Below are positions 26,040 to 39,080 of a stretch of DNA of 60,251 nt, one piece after another. The DNA lies in contig MU053881.1 in NCBI GenBank assembly GCA_013239625.1, positions 11,917,957 to 11,978,207 of the forward strand. The letters run 5' to 3'. Below the pieces are notes generated by a model that ran no database searches, was not told where the DNA came from, and saw only the letters and a program-made list of their open reading frames with translations. A program made the translations under genes and the position numbers. Numbering within the stretch: the stretch's first letter is position 1; each line of letters opens with the position of its first letter. This DNA is from Lama guanicoe (Eukaryota).

Positions 26040-27850
26040 TGAAGAATTAAGACAATTATCAGAGGAACTCTGAGGAAAGGAAAAATCCAGACGAATAATA
26101 GACATCGGAGAAGGCTTCGTGGAGAAGGAGGAACCTAAACTAACCTAAATAAGAAGATAAGTGGAATTTCCATCAGCAAGTTGGAGAAGGGGGAGACTAA
26201 GTTCTAGCTGGGAGAACAGCCCAGCGAGGGTGAATTAATACTGCCTGCCTGGGTTCTGAGATTGGCAAGACAGATAAAAATAGAGAAGGCGTACTTTTGT
26301 ATGTGAGGAGAGATGCGGTTGAATAAGAATTATAGAGACTGTTAGAATAAGTAATTTAATTGCTTTACACATAACTAATAAGACAAAACTACAATGCTAG
26401 GGGACTGATTTTATTAAACGTTTACCTAGCATTATCTCATGTGCTTCAAATAGCCACTCTAAGAACACCAGGCAGTCATATTCTCCCCATTTTACATAAG
26501 AGGAAATTGAGGCTTGAACTAGTTCACTAATATGACTGATAGAACAGATATATAATTCAGGAAAGTCAGGATTTAAACCCAGATTTGTGATTTCAAAGCC
26601 CAGGCTTTTGAACACTGTATTTCACTGCACCATTATAATTTTACATGATACTAATCTTCAGTCTCTAAAACTATTTCAGTGAGGAGAAATAAAATCCATT
26701 TCATTGATTGTAATCACATATGTATATGAAACAATGCTGAATATTCTCTAATGTTGAAGGCAGGTAGAAGGAGGGGTAAAAGAAATTGTAGAAGAATTAG
26801 CTGCAGCTGTAGGCAAGGAACAGCTCATGAGCGCCAGGTCAAGGAGTCCAGACCTTACCTCAAGGACAGTGGGGGAGCCACTGGAGCATCAGCAGTGAGT
26901 GGCATAATCACCTATGTGCTTACAACATGTTCTGGTTACAGTGCAGAGGATGGTTTGATGAAAATAGCAGTGGGGACACTTAGCTATAGAAGGAATCCAA
27001 GTCAAGGTAATGGGGGCCTGACTCAAGAGGCAGAAATAACAGGCCTTGATAACTGAGTTAAATGGTATTCAGGTTTGTGACTTGCACAATGGGAACAGTA
27101 ATTCTACTTACAGAGTTGGGGATCACAAAAGGACAGGGAGACATCGTAAGTTCACTCTGGGATTGGATAAGGGGCATTCAAGTAGGAGTACCTAATGGTC
27201 AGAGACATAGATAGGATATTCAGAAGTGAGGTCTGGCCCTGATGTCAAGATCTGTGATTACTTAAAGCCTCGGGAATGAAAACAATTATCCAGGATGAGT
27301 GTGCAGAGTAAGAAAGGAAAGGGAAGTTAAGGGAGAACTCTGAAAAACAACCACCTTTCAATTGTAAAGGAAGAGGAAACTGCAGAAGGGAATTAGAAAA
27401 AAATGACTTCAGAGAAGACACACGCTATTGTGTGTGGAATACTGGCAAATATTAACTACTTATGTATAAAATAGATAAACAAGTCTCTACTGTATAGCAC
27501 AGGGAACTATATATTCAGTATCCTGTAGTAATCTATAACAAAAAAGAATGTGAAAATGAACATACGTATGTTTATGTATGACTGAAACATTATGCTGTAC
27601 ACCAGACATTGGCACATTGTAACTGACTATACTTCAAAAAAAATAAATTTTTTCAAAATTAAAAAAAAAAAAAAGAAAGGCAGAGGTTTTTCTAGATGGA
27701 AGAAGAGGTCACCTGTGACAAATGCTGATAAAAGCTCCAGTCAGATCAAAAAAGACATGACCAATGAGTCAGCAACTGAAGATGTTACTAGTATACATCC
27801 TAAAAGGATTAGAGGCCAAATTATAATGGATTGAGAGGTTAATTTTTTTA
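26040..27850 (-). mobile_element. L2 antisense fragments, interrupted by a MIR (about 26400-26630, -) and a young L1 3' end
   Basis: L2 motifs ggagaaggcttcgtggagaagg, cagtgggggagccactggag, gaaaacaattatccaggatgagtgtgcagagtaaga; MIR motif tctccccattttacataagaggaaattgaggct. Confidence 0.7.
27441..27676 (+). mobile_element. Young L1 3' end, 5'-truncated, with polyA
   Basis: Highly similar to 19100-19290 (ctgtatagcacagggaactat...actgactatacttcaaaa), followed by a polyA run. Confidence 0.92.
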
Positions 27851-29228
27851 AGTCAATATACATAGATTAGTCATTTCCAAAGATCAGTACTGGTGCCTAA
27901 TAAAGTTTTCAAAGATTAGACACAAACCCAAAAAACTAAAAATATTAGTTCTGTCTGTCTGTTTAATGAAGCTAAATTATTCTATAAAATTGTTACCCTA
28001 GGGAAGTAAGTCTTCTAAATTTTTTAGTTCTAAAAATAATTTCTTTTATAAAGTGATAGTGATAAAAGACAGTAGTAGTTATTTTCAAATCTTATGGCTA
28101 GTTGAATCAATATAATATTCCAAATTCTGCAACCTACCTTTGCTGTTGAATTTCAGCTGTTTGATTCTAAAGGAATGGGTATTCAAAAGAATGTCTCTGC
28201 ATTCCCTGATGGGTAGAGGGGAAGTAGAATAAAGAGTAATGGTACTTGTCTGGCAATGGTGTTTGCTTCTGTCTAAGTACAGAGTATGGTTCTGAAGGGT
28301 CAGTAGAGAGGTATTTGCATTTTGTCTTCGGCAGTTTCATTATGTTGTCAATTATTACAGTGCCATGTTCTAATAGGAGTTCCCATCATGCATTTAAATT
28401 GGATAGAAGATTCATTTAGCCGCCACAACAAATTGAGCTCAGCAGGCTTCATTTCAGGAACTTCTACGGTGTCAAGTGGTCAGTCCTTCAGTTTTAATTT
28501 CTAGATGTATGAGATGCAAATTGCATGATCTTTTCTCCTCTGATAGCCAAAGCAAATGGCTCCAATTACATTCTAACATATCCTTAACTGGGAGGTAAAT
28601 AACATTATCAGCTTGGGATGTGATAGGATGAATCACAAAGAAAAGATTAATTATCTTGTAAAGGTATTGTATTATCTTAATTGTTCACATCACTCAAGCT
28701 TTTCTAATTAGAAAAGTAAATACCAGCCTAGGCAGGTTTTGCCCTTGCACAATGGGGAAAAAAAAAAAAGCCTAAACATTTACACGAATTATACCTTTTC
28801 AAATATTTAAACTTAATAAGGCCAACCATCCGTTTATACTTGTTTTCCTGTCATCAGACTTCCCAAAGGTCAATTGTATTTCTTTTATAAAAAGTGAAAT
28901 AACGTTCTACTATTAAATAACATAAATATTGCAATGTATTGATGTTGCAAGCGGGCCTACCCATCCCACTCCCACTGTTTAGTGGTTTCCAAAATCCAAG
29001 ATGCTTTCCTTTATTCAATCTATTCCAGACACCCTTTTAGCCCAGTGGTTTATGTGAAAACCCACGGGGGATTATACACAATCCCTCTGATTTCTCCCTT
29101 CAAGCAGCAGCTGTCATTTCTTATACAGAACATTTCCCATTCCATCTTTCTGATTAACGCTTTGTCTCTAGATAAATTTAGTTCTTATTAAACTATCAGA
29201 ATCAGATCCTGCCTCCTGGGACTCTTAC

Positions 29229-29288
29229 CTGAGAGAAGTTATTCAGACCCTCACGAGCTGAGACCCACCATGTCCTCGACAGGCCTTG
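29229..29288 (-). other. Candidate 60-nt internal exon
   Basis: ttcttgtgtcag|CAAGGC...TCTCAG|gtaaga. Open only in phase 0 (QGLSRTWWVSAREGLNNFSQ). Locally GC/CpG-richer than the flanks. Confidence 0.45.
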
Positions 29289-29419
29289 CTGACACAAGAA
29301 TACCCTTACTATGGGGAACAATTTTTCTGGATAGAGCACCCAGCATAGACTCGACACTGAGAAGTGTTGCTTCCTTTAGACGCATTTCCTCTGTGTTGGC
29401 TTCTGGCCTTTATGGTGAA

Positions 29420-29660
29420 GCAATGTGGTCTTGTGTTTGAAGAACAAAGACTTTGGGACTCTATGAATCTGCATGTGAATCTGGCTGTAAAACCAGTGCT
29501 ATAACCTCGGGGAGAGTGTTTCACTGTGCCTCTTTCCTCTTCTGTAAAGTGAGATTAAAAATAAGACCAACCTATTAGGGTGATCCTAAGGGATTAAATG
29601 ATACCATGTCATACAATTAGCTCAGTGCCAGGCACATAAGTCCTCAATAATTGTTGGCTC
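29420..29660 (+). mobile_element. MIR SINE
   Basis: ttctgtaaagtgagattaaaaataag...cagtgccaggcacataagtcctcaataa. Confidence 0.85.
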
Positions 29661-31299
29661 TATTGTATCTTATGACTATAATTTATAGCCTTTTTACTGA
29701 AACTCGGTTTGAAGTCTGTTTCTGAGGTCAGAATCAAACGTGGAATATTCTTGTCATTTACAAAGGTCACCTGCACTTGCCCGCATACCACACATGCTTC
29801 TCTGGGTTCTACTTCAGATGTGTCTCTCTCATTCTCACATCTTCAAAGTGGGCTACTTCCCAAGGCCTGGTGGGCTGTATCGCCCTGTTTCTGTAGCTGG
29901 TTTACCAGCTCACTGATCTGAAGCATTTCACTTAGACTGTTCTCTGACAGGAAGGCTTGAGGAAGATGATGATTTTCAATGCCAGGAGGACTGTGCACGG
30001 GGGCACAGGGGAAGAACACTGAGCATCTGGGCACAGCATGTGGAGCAGATTGAGGGCTGTGAAGCTCCGTTTATGTGTTCAGTTAATGGACCCTTGGGCT
30101 TGAGCACAATGTACTGTGGAAGGGAAAAGGGGTTAATTCATCAGGAGCTGGATTTGTGGAACTGATGCTTCAGTCTCATTTACATATACATTAGCTGGAC
30201 ATCTTTAACAGGCAGGGGGCTGTGATGCTGGATGAGACCACAGCTAACATGTAGGATTTTACAGGTATGATCTCTTTGTATTCTCCAGCCAGCTGCCTGG
30301 AAGCCACTGATCCCTATTTGCCCTGACAGGTCTGTTCCTCTAGTGCAGCCAAGAATTTCTCCCTTGAATTTCTGTCAGTCTTCAGTCACTGTATCTTTAA
30401 TGCCAGAACTCCTATCTAAGCCAAATCACCTTACAACCTACCGCAGTCCTCTCTTACCCCTTCCCTACTTGTGATAAAAGTTAATTTGACTCCTTTAGAA
30501 ACCAGTCACAGTCTCTTAAGACATTTGCTTATTGCTGGCTATTTCTTCATTGTTGACTTTTACATCAGGTCTGAAGTATATGAAGCTTATGCTGCTGATC
30601 CAGTTACTGCAACTGTGAACAAGTCACCTAACTTCTCTAAAGCTTTGTTAATTCATCAATAAAATGGCAATCATAATTTATACATGGTACAATTGATCTG
30701 AGGACTTACACAGAATCATCTATGTGAAGACTTTGGTCTTGGTTTCCTAACCAATGTGCTTTATATGGGTAGGTCCAGCTCTTAGATGTGATGCCAGAGA
30801 CAATGTTCCATTTGCTTGAAACCTTGTCCCAACACAGAAAGCAAATACATCAGACTTCTCTCCATCTTGAGCTTCTGTTTCCTAAGCTCCAATCCAAGAG
30901 TAGACTGGGTGAGACAACTTGGAAAAACAGCTGCATGATTTAATGCCCCATATGGACTTCAGCCAAGGCAGCAAGAAAAGCAGTAATTGATCAATGCTAG
31001 GAACGTTCCTCCAGTGTGCAGGCTCAGGTTAGTACTTGTATACGTAAGTCCAATTTTCTCTTCATGATCTCACTCTTCACCTGCATTCTAAATTCTTCTC
31101 CAGACCTTTCCTAAAGACAGATCAAGATGTATCTACACCCAGACTGTTTATTTAACCTGCTTGTGTTTTCACTACATTGTCTCCAGGAGGCAGTGTCCTT
31201 TGTCAGGCCAATCAAGAATGAGGTATGCCTAGCCCAGCTGTGCCAAGAGTAAATCATTCTTGTTAATCAAATTCTTGTTGAGGTCTCGGCTGCACTTAC

Positions 31300-31369
31300 T
31301 CTTGTAGTTGAAGGAATGCGAACCATTCCACAGTACTGGCTCAATTCTTCTCTTGTTTGGCCTCTTTCC
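31300..31369 (-). other. Candidate 70-nt internal exon
   Basis: ccttccaatccttagtag|GGAAAG...TACAAGA|gtaagt, with a purine-rich exon body. Confidence 0.4.
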
Positions 31370-32099
31370 CTACTAAGGATTGGAAGGCTGGCACAAGTTC
31401 TTCCAAAATTATTATGTCAACTTCTGCAGGTCCTACCAACTCATCTTTATGCCTGTCTACTCTTTCTATACAAAAGACTCATCTCATTAGTACTTCTCAC
31501 TCAACACTGCCTGACACCCAGGATGCTTTCAATGAAGGAGAGGCAATATTACTATCACCATTCTGTTCCAGACACTATCCTGGGTGTTACCAATACCAAA
31601 GTGGATAACCACAGTTATTATTTGCAGAGTTCATTTTCATTTTGAATTTCTGCTTAAATCCGGTTTCCATTAATGACAGTGACCTTACCCTGAGAACTCA
31701 TTTCTTTCCCAGTCTCCCTTGGATGCAATGACAGGCATATCACAAATCCTGGCTAATACTGCTGGATGAAACTTACAACTGGTGAACTGAGCTCCTGTGG
31801 TAAAACTTTGTAAGAAGTTCATCCAATACTCTCTTAACTCAGAGGGGTTACATAATATTTGCAAAACATGGAACTAATAAGGATCTACTAGAAACTGCCA
31901 AACTAGACGAGTCCACAGGACCAAGAGGGACAGGTACCCAGATGACTGGTCATATTCTTGTCAACAGGCCAATCTTTGTTCCACTTTTGCGTATGAGGAT
32001 AGTTGTACCTTGAAACAAATATTCAAGTGTTGCAAAGTCAAGCTGCTTGTATAAGAAATATTCACTGAGACTTGAAAATGGACATTTTCTCATACTAGC

Positions 32100-35000
32100 A
32101 CTTACCCTACGAAAGTAAATATGACTCATTTTACTCATTTCATCAGACTGAAATCTCCTTCAGAAAGAGGCCATGTCTTGCTCATTGCTTCAACCTCATT
32201 GCTTATACCTGCCTGACAGAATCCAGGCTCAACAAATACTCACTGAAAGAATACCTTCATTTCACTACTAATTCACCAACCAGGAAAGAACAGGTAGGTA
32301 GCAAGGAAATTTAAAAGCAGTAAGGAAATTTATTTTTAAGACTGGGAAAAGGCCATCCAGAACACAATGGAAAAATTTAAGACTGTATCATACTATCTAT
32401 AAATCCATACTGGTTGTTTCCAATTGACAGGTACTTCCCCCCCCCCAGTTTAGAGGTGTTAACTAATGAAGATAAAGAACTGAAATGCTGACTACGTGAG
32501 ACTGCAAAAAGTTGGGGGAGTTACTTAGTTTCTTAAGTTTATGAAATCTTGTTCAAACCCATCCACCCACCCTTCATTCACATGTCACGTTCCTGATTGC
32601 TTTTGATATGTGCCGTTGAGTCATGGAGATTTCACGGCTGACTCAGCGGCAAGGTGACAAATCATAACCACCAAATAACGTCAGAGAAATTACACATGAT
32701 AGACGGCATTTCAGAGGACTGCCTGTGGGAAACCAGGTACTTATTTTCACTTTGTACCTATTTCTAAATAGCCTTCATTTGGCCATGGGAGTTGTCAGAG
32801 AAGTAAGAAGTTATTGCTAGCTCACTGCTGTTCAGGCCCATAGCAAGGGCTTGTTAAAAGTGGAAGATTTAGCTCCTTTGTTGCCTTAGCAAATTAAAAC
32901 TGAATTTGCAAAGTATAAATCTGAAGAGAAAGCAAAAACAATAGGAAGTGCAAGCCTTTGGTGAGGAAAACTAATTTTTGCCATTTTTATTAGAGAAGCT
33001 TCATACATTTGCCTCAGCAGAAAGAACACCAATGGAATAAAATAGAAACTTGTATTTCCATGAATAAAGTTAAACTTCATACGTGAATCATGGCTTTGGA
33101 CTCAGTTTATCTTAGTATTGTATCACTGTAGTCTGAAAGCTGTACACAGATTCTAGAATAGCATTCCAGAGCAAATGTGAGGCTCAAACACTAAACACCT
33201 TTTAAATGACTAAACTAGTAACTGGTGTGTCTCTAATGAGCATTTGCTTTATACGTTTCATGTAGTAACTTAACCTGTAATTACGGTCTCTTCATCTGGG
33301 GCTTCCAAAATTGTATTTGATTAACACTGATAAAAATTGCTGTGCAATTTAAGGAGAAATGGCTATCCCTTCTAAGCAAAATTACTAAAATTAAAACATT
33401 TATAAAATTCCAATATTTGATTGACTACCTTATAATAACTTTTTATTGTGAAAACATTTAGCCACATACAGTATCAAGGGGCAAGGGAATTTTAAGGAGA
33501 ACAGATAAGTAAATCTATGAGTTTTCACAACACCTTTATCCTCACAGAATTCCAGAGAGCTGGGCTTCTAAACTTGGCATTTTTAAAACATGGAAAATTT
33601 GAGTTAATCACAATTTTTTGTTGTTGTTTATTGGCTTTTCCCAAAATTTGTTTTTTGGTTTCTAACCATGTTTTTCAATTTTTTAACGACGTGTGAAGGA
33701 ACATGTTTTTCACCCAGAAATCCCACATTCCATAGTTTCTCATCTCTGAGAACGCTGGGCAGGGAAAGTCAAAGCAGGGAGCTCGAGATCAAACAGTCCA
33801 TGCCACTTCACCTTCTGCCAAGCTCACAGCCCTTTGGGAAGGGTGGGAGAAGAGGGGGAGGTGAGCTGTTTATTATCTAAAAGTATCTAATTAAAGCTGC
33901 TTGAAGCCTTTACAGGAATATAACCTCATCTCTGGTGGACGCTTAGAGGAACACAGGCATAGGCATATTCCCATTCTCTTAAGAATTGTGCCAAGAAAGA
34001 AAAGCTGAGAAGGCATCTTCTTCACAATTCTGAAGGGAAGCTGTCTTTAAGTAGGCACTTTTGGTGCACTATGCATTAAAGTGTTTTAATAGCATCCATT
34101 TATCATTTTAACAGCAAGCATTTACTAAAAGGTGTACGACCAGGTGCAAAGAAGAAAGCGCATAATGTATCCCGAGGCTTAAATTTTCAAAAGACAATGT
34201 CAAGTCCTGTCAGAAATGGCAACTGCTGGCCTTTCCCCTTTATTTGCCTGAAGTGTGTGATTTTCAAGTCCTAGCTCTATGAGCGACGCAACTTTTGCTC
34301 AGAACACTGTCAGTGGTCCACTGTATGAGGAGATGATTGAAATAAGGCCCAGTCACATCAGGTTAATTCAAGGTTATATTGGAAAGCCTCTATTAGCTGT
34401 GACAACAAAGTAAGTGTAGAAATGTTAAGAACAATCACTTAAGAAAAATCAGTTTTTTTTTTATTGCTTTCTTATGTATTATCTGAAGTGGTTTTCTTAA
34501 CAACCTCATGTATCCAGACCTTATCCACATTTGACTCACGCAATCCACAGAAACCGAGCCAACTTGTTGCCTTGTTGGTGTATGGAACGTATTCAAATAC
34601 TCCCAGCCCAGCAACCCCATATAATTTAAAATCCATTTAAAACTATGGTCCCTCAAGAAATCTCATTGATTACACCAAGACTTTTCAAAATCTGCTGTCC
34701 TTCAAAACCCCAGTGCATTGAGTATCCTACATACCACTGATTCTTTGTAACATGACCTTCTTGCATATATAAATAATCTCTTCACACACACACAAAGATA
34801 TACACACCTTATCAAAGTATGTATTTTCATGCTTTCAGCATGTCTTCTGCCTTCAGTCAATGAGAGCAATTTATTTCACATTCTGATGAACAGTTTTGAC
34901 TCACGTGTCAACACTCAAATGGGTAAATCATAGTTGGCCCCTCCGCGCATAAAAAAGCCAAAATATTACATTGTATTCGAAATGTGAGGTGTGCAGCAGC

Positions 35001-35110
35001 TCAGAGTTGATGAAAATGTTGGAAGAACAAATGGTAGATATCATCAGACAGAGACTAATGGAAGTAAAAACCTAAGATTTCAATAAGCATTAACTGAGTC
35101 AGGGAGGATG
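32100..35110. promoter_or_regulatory. AP-1/MARE-rich putative enhancer region
   Basis: TGA(C/G)TCA at 32122, 32617, 32639, 34532, 34897 and 35095; GCTGACTCAGC at 32637-32647; largely repeat-free. Confidence 0.55.
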
Positions 35111-35334
35111 GACTGATAACTAATTTGGTGATTATGACAAGAAAAAGAAACTTGAAATCGTATATAGCTTCAAAGTTGTTGTCAGTGAGGAATCTCAGAA
35201 ATGCATTTTGCCTTTTCCTTATGTCCTAGGATCATAAAACAATTCCCAGGGGGCTTTCATGGACCCCCATTTGCTAATCCCAATGCTTAATGTATTTTGT
35301 GAGGCAACACAGCTATTCTAGATTTTTTTTTAGA

Positions 35335-35520
35335 TCAAGGGATGCAAATTTTTTTTAAAGAGCCAGATAGTATTTTAGACTTGTGAGCCTGATCTCTGTC
35401 ACATTTATTCAATTCTGCCATTTTAAGAGAAAAGGAATACAGGCCATAATGAATGGGAGTGGTTGTGTGCCAAAAAAAAACTTTACTGACCAAAGGAAAC
35501 ACTGCAAAACCTTGCTTTAG
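35335..35520 (+). mobile_element. MER58A-like DNA transposon
   Basis: caagggatgcaaattttttttaaagagccagatagtattttagacttgtgagcc...gaatgggagtggttgtgtgccaa. Confidence 0.75.
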
Positions 35521-35826
35521 ATTATGATTGGGGTTGTGGTTTTGTCTTCTTTTCTTTCTGCTGTGCTCACTACCCAGAATCTGTAGAGTACAGTGGTTTC
35601 CGAACTGTTCGCACTTCTCTTCCTTCTGAAGAGTCGGGTCGGGACAGGAGGATCCCAAATATTACAGTGTAATAGCTCATCTTTTTATCACCTACTTTCA
35701 TCCTTGAGTAACCTGAGGCTAGTGTGGTAAAGGTACTCCTAGATTCTAAGCATGGATCTGTCTTCAAAGCACATGTTCTTGCCTTCAGGCACGTGGAAAT
35801 TATTTTTGGAGGCTTCTACAACTTAC

Positions 35827-35924
35827 CTTCTTGTTCTTGGCACTTCGGCAGCTGCAGATAACCTATTTGCTGGCCCCTCCAGCTACATTCTGGCCTTGGG
35901 CCAACTAATTTCTATAACTAATTT
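35827..35924 (-). other. Candidate 98-nt non-coding exon
   Basis: Consensus donor AAG|gtaagt at 35827 and acceptor attaactccttcatag| at 35924. Stops in all three frames. Confidence 0.3.
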
Positions 35925-37339
35925 CTATGAAGGAGTTAATAGGTGGTATCACTGGGTGTTACATACGTGATTATATCCTCTTACTAAAAGGAGAGTCCCC
36001 AGACTTCAGAAATGTCTTGAATATACAGAGGAGGACAGATCTAACTTGTATATTAAATGTACCAAATTAGAGATGAGACACCATCTTAGAAATTAGACGA
36101 GACATTTCAGAAGTCTACACATCTAATCACACTTTTTAGGCCTTCTTTACCTACTCCAAGGCAAAGTTTGAAAATACCCTTCTCCTCTTTTCTCTGTGTT
36201 ACATTTGAGTTTCTGGAACTGGCATAATGTAAATGATCAGTGCCCAAGGCAGCCTCCTCCATCCGTGCCCTATGTGTGCTGCTGCTGTCTGAATCCATTC
36301 CCTTTGGAAACTGGAGGCGAAGCAGCACTGAAGAACTTCAGTGAGTTTGCATGACTCCGGCATAAAACAAAGTGCACATTCCTCTTTCTACCTGTTATAG
36401 CCCTGTCCTGACCTTTGTCACTAAGTTTCCAACTTACGAAACTCTGCTCGGCTTATGAAATGTCAGTATCAGCAGGAAGAAAGAGCTATATGAAGAGGCA
36501 GGAGAGAGAGGAATTTATTTTATTCTCCAGTCTGACTGTTTGGTGCAAAGAATGGAAAATGTTGCAGAAGAGAGGGAAAAGAGGACAAGGACGATACAGC
36601 ATCATAAGGACATGCTGGGTTGTCTCAGAACTGGGGATACAGGAGATTGAAAAAAAAGAGATGTATGTTTCTGGTTAATACTGTTAACTCAAATGTATAA
36701 GTCACACATCCAGATGCAGCTGCTGCTTCTTGGCTAGAAAAACAGAAGGTAGAATGCATGAATTGGGACAACTAAAGAGTCCAGGAATTGAAAGCCACAC
36801 AGAGTTTCCTTCCATATTCCACGTATACACTTAGAAACAGATGTGCACCTCTCTGCAGTCCATGTTTTTAAACACAAATAAGAAAGCCGCCAGACAAGGA
36901 CACAGACCCAAACTAAAATGTCATTTCCCAGCAAGTGACGCAGCAATCTCTACTTTGACTTTGACTTTAGCTCCACAGCTGTGGTGAAACTCACATTACG
37001 GCTGCAGGAAGGAAATTGTTCCCAGGTGAGAAGTAAATTATCTTGGCTTGGCACAAAAATGTTGAAAAGGCAAATTCCACCTGCTTTTCTCCAGGCAAGA
37101 TATTTTTGCTCACATATCTACCTCCCATCCAGTCAAGCAGTTGCCCACTTGTCCAATTTACATCCTGGTTCTGGAAAGGATTCTAATTTTGCATTCTGCA
37201 TACACATAGCATGTTTGCGTGTGAAAATACACAGGAAACATAAGGATGGAATCACATGCTTTCAAATTCACTTAAGAGGGAATTTTAAGAAACCTCAACT
37301 ATGCATGTCTTGATTTACTGATTGATCCATTCTTTCATT

Positions 37340-39080
37340 TCTTTCTTCATTCAAAAACTATTTCTTGATTTGTACCAGGCACTGTCTCCAATGCCAGGAC
37401 TACAGCAGTGACAGACAAAGTGAATGGTCTTGTTCTCACACAAGAAGACAATGAAAAAGTGAACAAGCCAATGAGACATGCATTCTGATTCATTTCACAC
37501 TTAGCTGAGGTATAGTCTATGAGAAAACATTGTTCTAAGGCCCTGCGATGATAAAAGAGATGAGGAGAGAGCATTATGACTCCTGACTCCTGCCCTAAAA
37601 CACTAAATTTTATGGGAGTGGCAAGCATTCAAGCCATAATACTGTAATATTAAACATAACTTTTTAAGTTCTGTAATAAAGGTACAAAGAGAACTGTTGG
37701 TAGAAGACTAAGGGAAGAAGAGATAATCTGAGAAATAAGAAGGAAAAGCATGCATGGAGAAGCACTGAAAAAAGGTGTTGATGATAATGATTATGATAGC
37801 AGCTCATGTTCCAGGCAGTGCTCACATCCCACGATGCACCGTTATGTGTGGGAATTCTTTTGTTCCTCGTCACCCTAGGGGGTTAGCATTTTCCTATTCC
37901 CAGTATATACACTCCACACAGAGGCATGAAAATGTTAAGTAAATCATCCAAAGTCACAGATCTACTATGTAAGGGAACTAGAATTTCAACTGAGGTTAGC
38001 CTGGATCCAGAGTCCATACTTGTAGTAACTTCTCAGTATGGCCTTTCGTTGTACAAGGTATTTCAGCAGATAAGAAATAATAATCTGTCCAAGAGCATAG
38101 CATAACCAAAGGCACAAAGGCTCAAAGCTTCCAAGCATGCTGGAAAAGAGGCAGTTGGATACTTGGATGAATCATCTGAAATCTGAAGAATGGAGTGGGA
38201 TGTAAGACTGGAAAGGGAGGAACCCACGTGGGGCTTACGAATGTCATGCAGAGCAATTTGACTCTTTAGGTTGGTGATGGGGAATAACTGAAAGGGAATG
38301 AAGATGAGAACATGACTATTGAGAAGAGTTTTATATGATACACACTTGCTACATCCTAATCCTTGTGCTAAGTGCTTTATGTATATTGTTTCTAATCCTC
38401 ATAAAATGCTATAACTATTAGTACAGCTTTGGAGATGAGAAAACTAAGGCTCACTGCTGATAGAAGGTAAGACTAGGACTTGAATCTACATAATTTCGAT
38501 CACTGCAGTATTTCCTTTAATTCCCATGAATTTTAGATTTGCAGCCATTTTGGGGAGGGAAAGAGAAAGCTGAGGGATTGCAGGCAAGGAAACCAACAGT
38601 GAACCTTTTACTCTGTTATTTTATGGGTTTAAAAAGTGCATTTAAATACCAAAAGCTCATATTAAATACCAACAGTGTACGTACACTGTTCTTCAATTAA
38701 ATTGCAGTTTCATTTTTGAAGCCATGGGAATGGTTAGTCCAATTACAAGGACTTGAATGTCCTGTGACTCCAGTAACATTATTCATTCATTTTTCTTTTT
38801 AATATCATTTCAGCACTTACTCTTCTCCAGGCTGTGTGCTAACGGATACTGTGGGTGCTATAACAGACAGTCTTTCTCACTGTGGAGTGTACAGGGTAGT
38901 GAGGAAGACAGATAAAGTTAACAAGAAGAGTGGGGTATTTGTGATAAATATAGGGAAATAGAAGGTGTTAACAGTCCCCTACTGCACAGTCAGCCAATTT
39001 GGTGGGAGATCAGGTTTAAGAAAGGGTGGAGGATGTATGTGTGGGGCAAACATATCTTCTGGAGAATGAGCAGAGTTAAC
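37340..39080 (-). mobile_element. Cluster of antisense L2 fragments and MIRs (MIRs about 37790-38040 and 38340-38510)
   Basis: L2 tails ttcattcaaaaactatttcttga...gtaccaggcactgt and attcattcattttt...ccaggctgtgtgcta; MIR cores gttaagtaaatcatccaaagtcacag and agatgagaaaactaaggctc. Confidence 0.7.
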
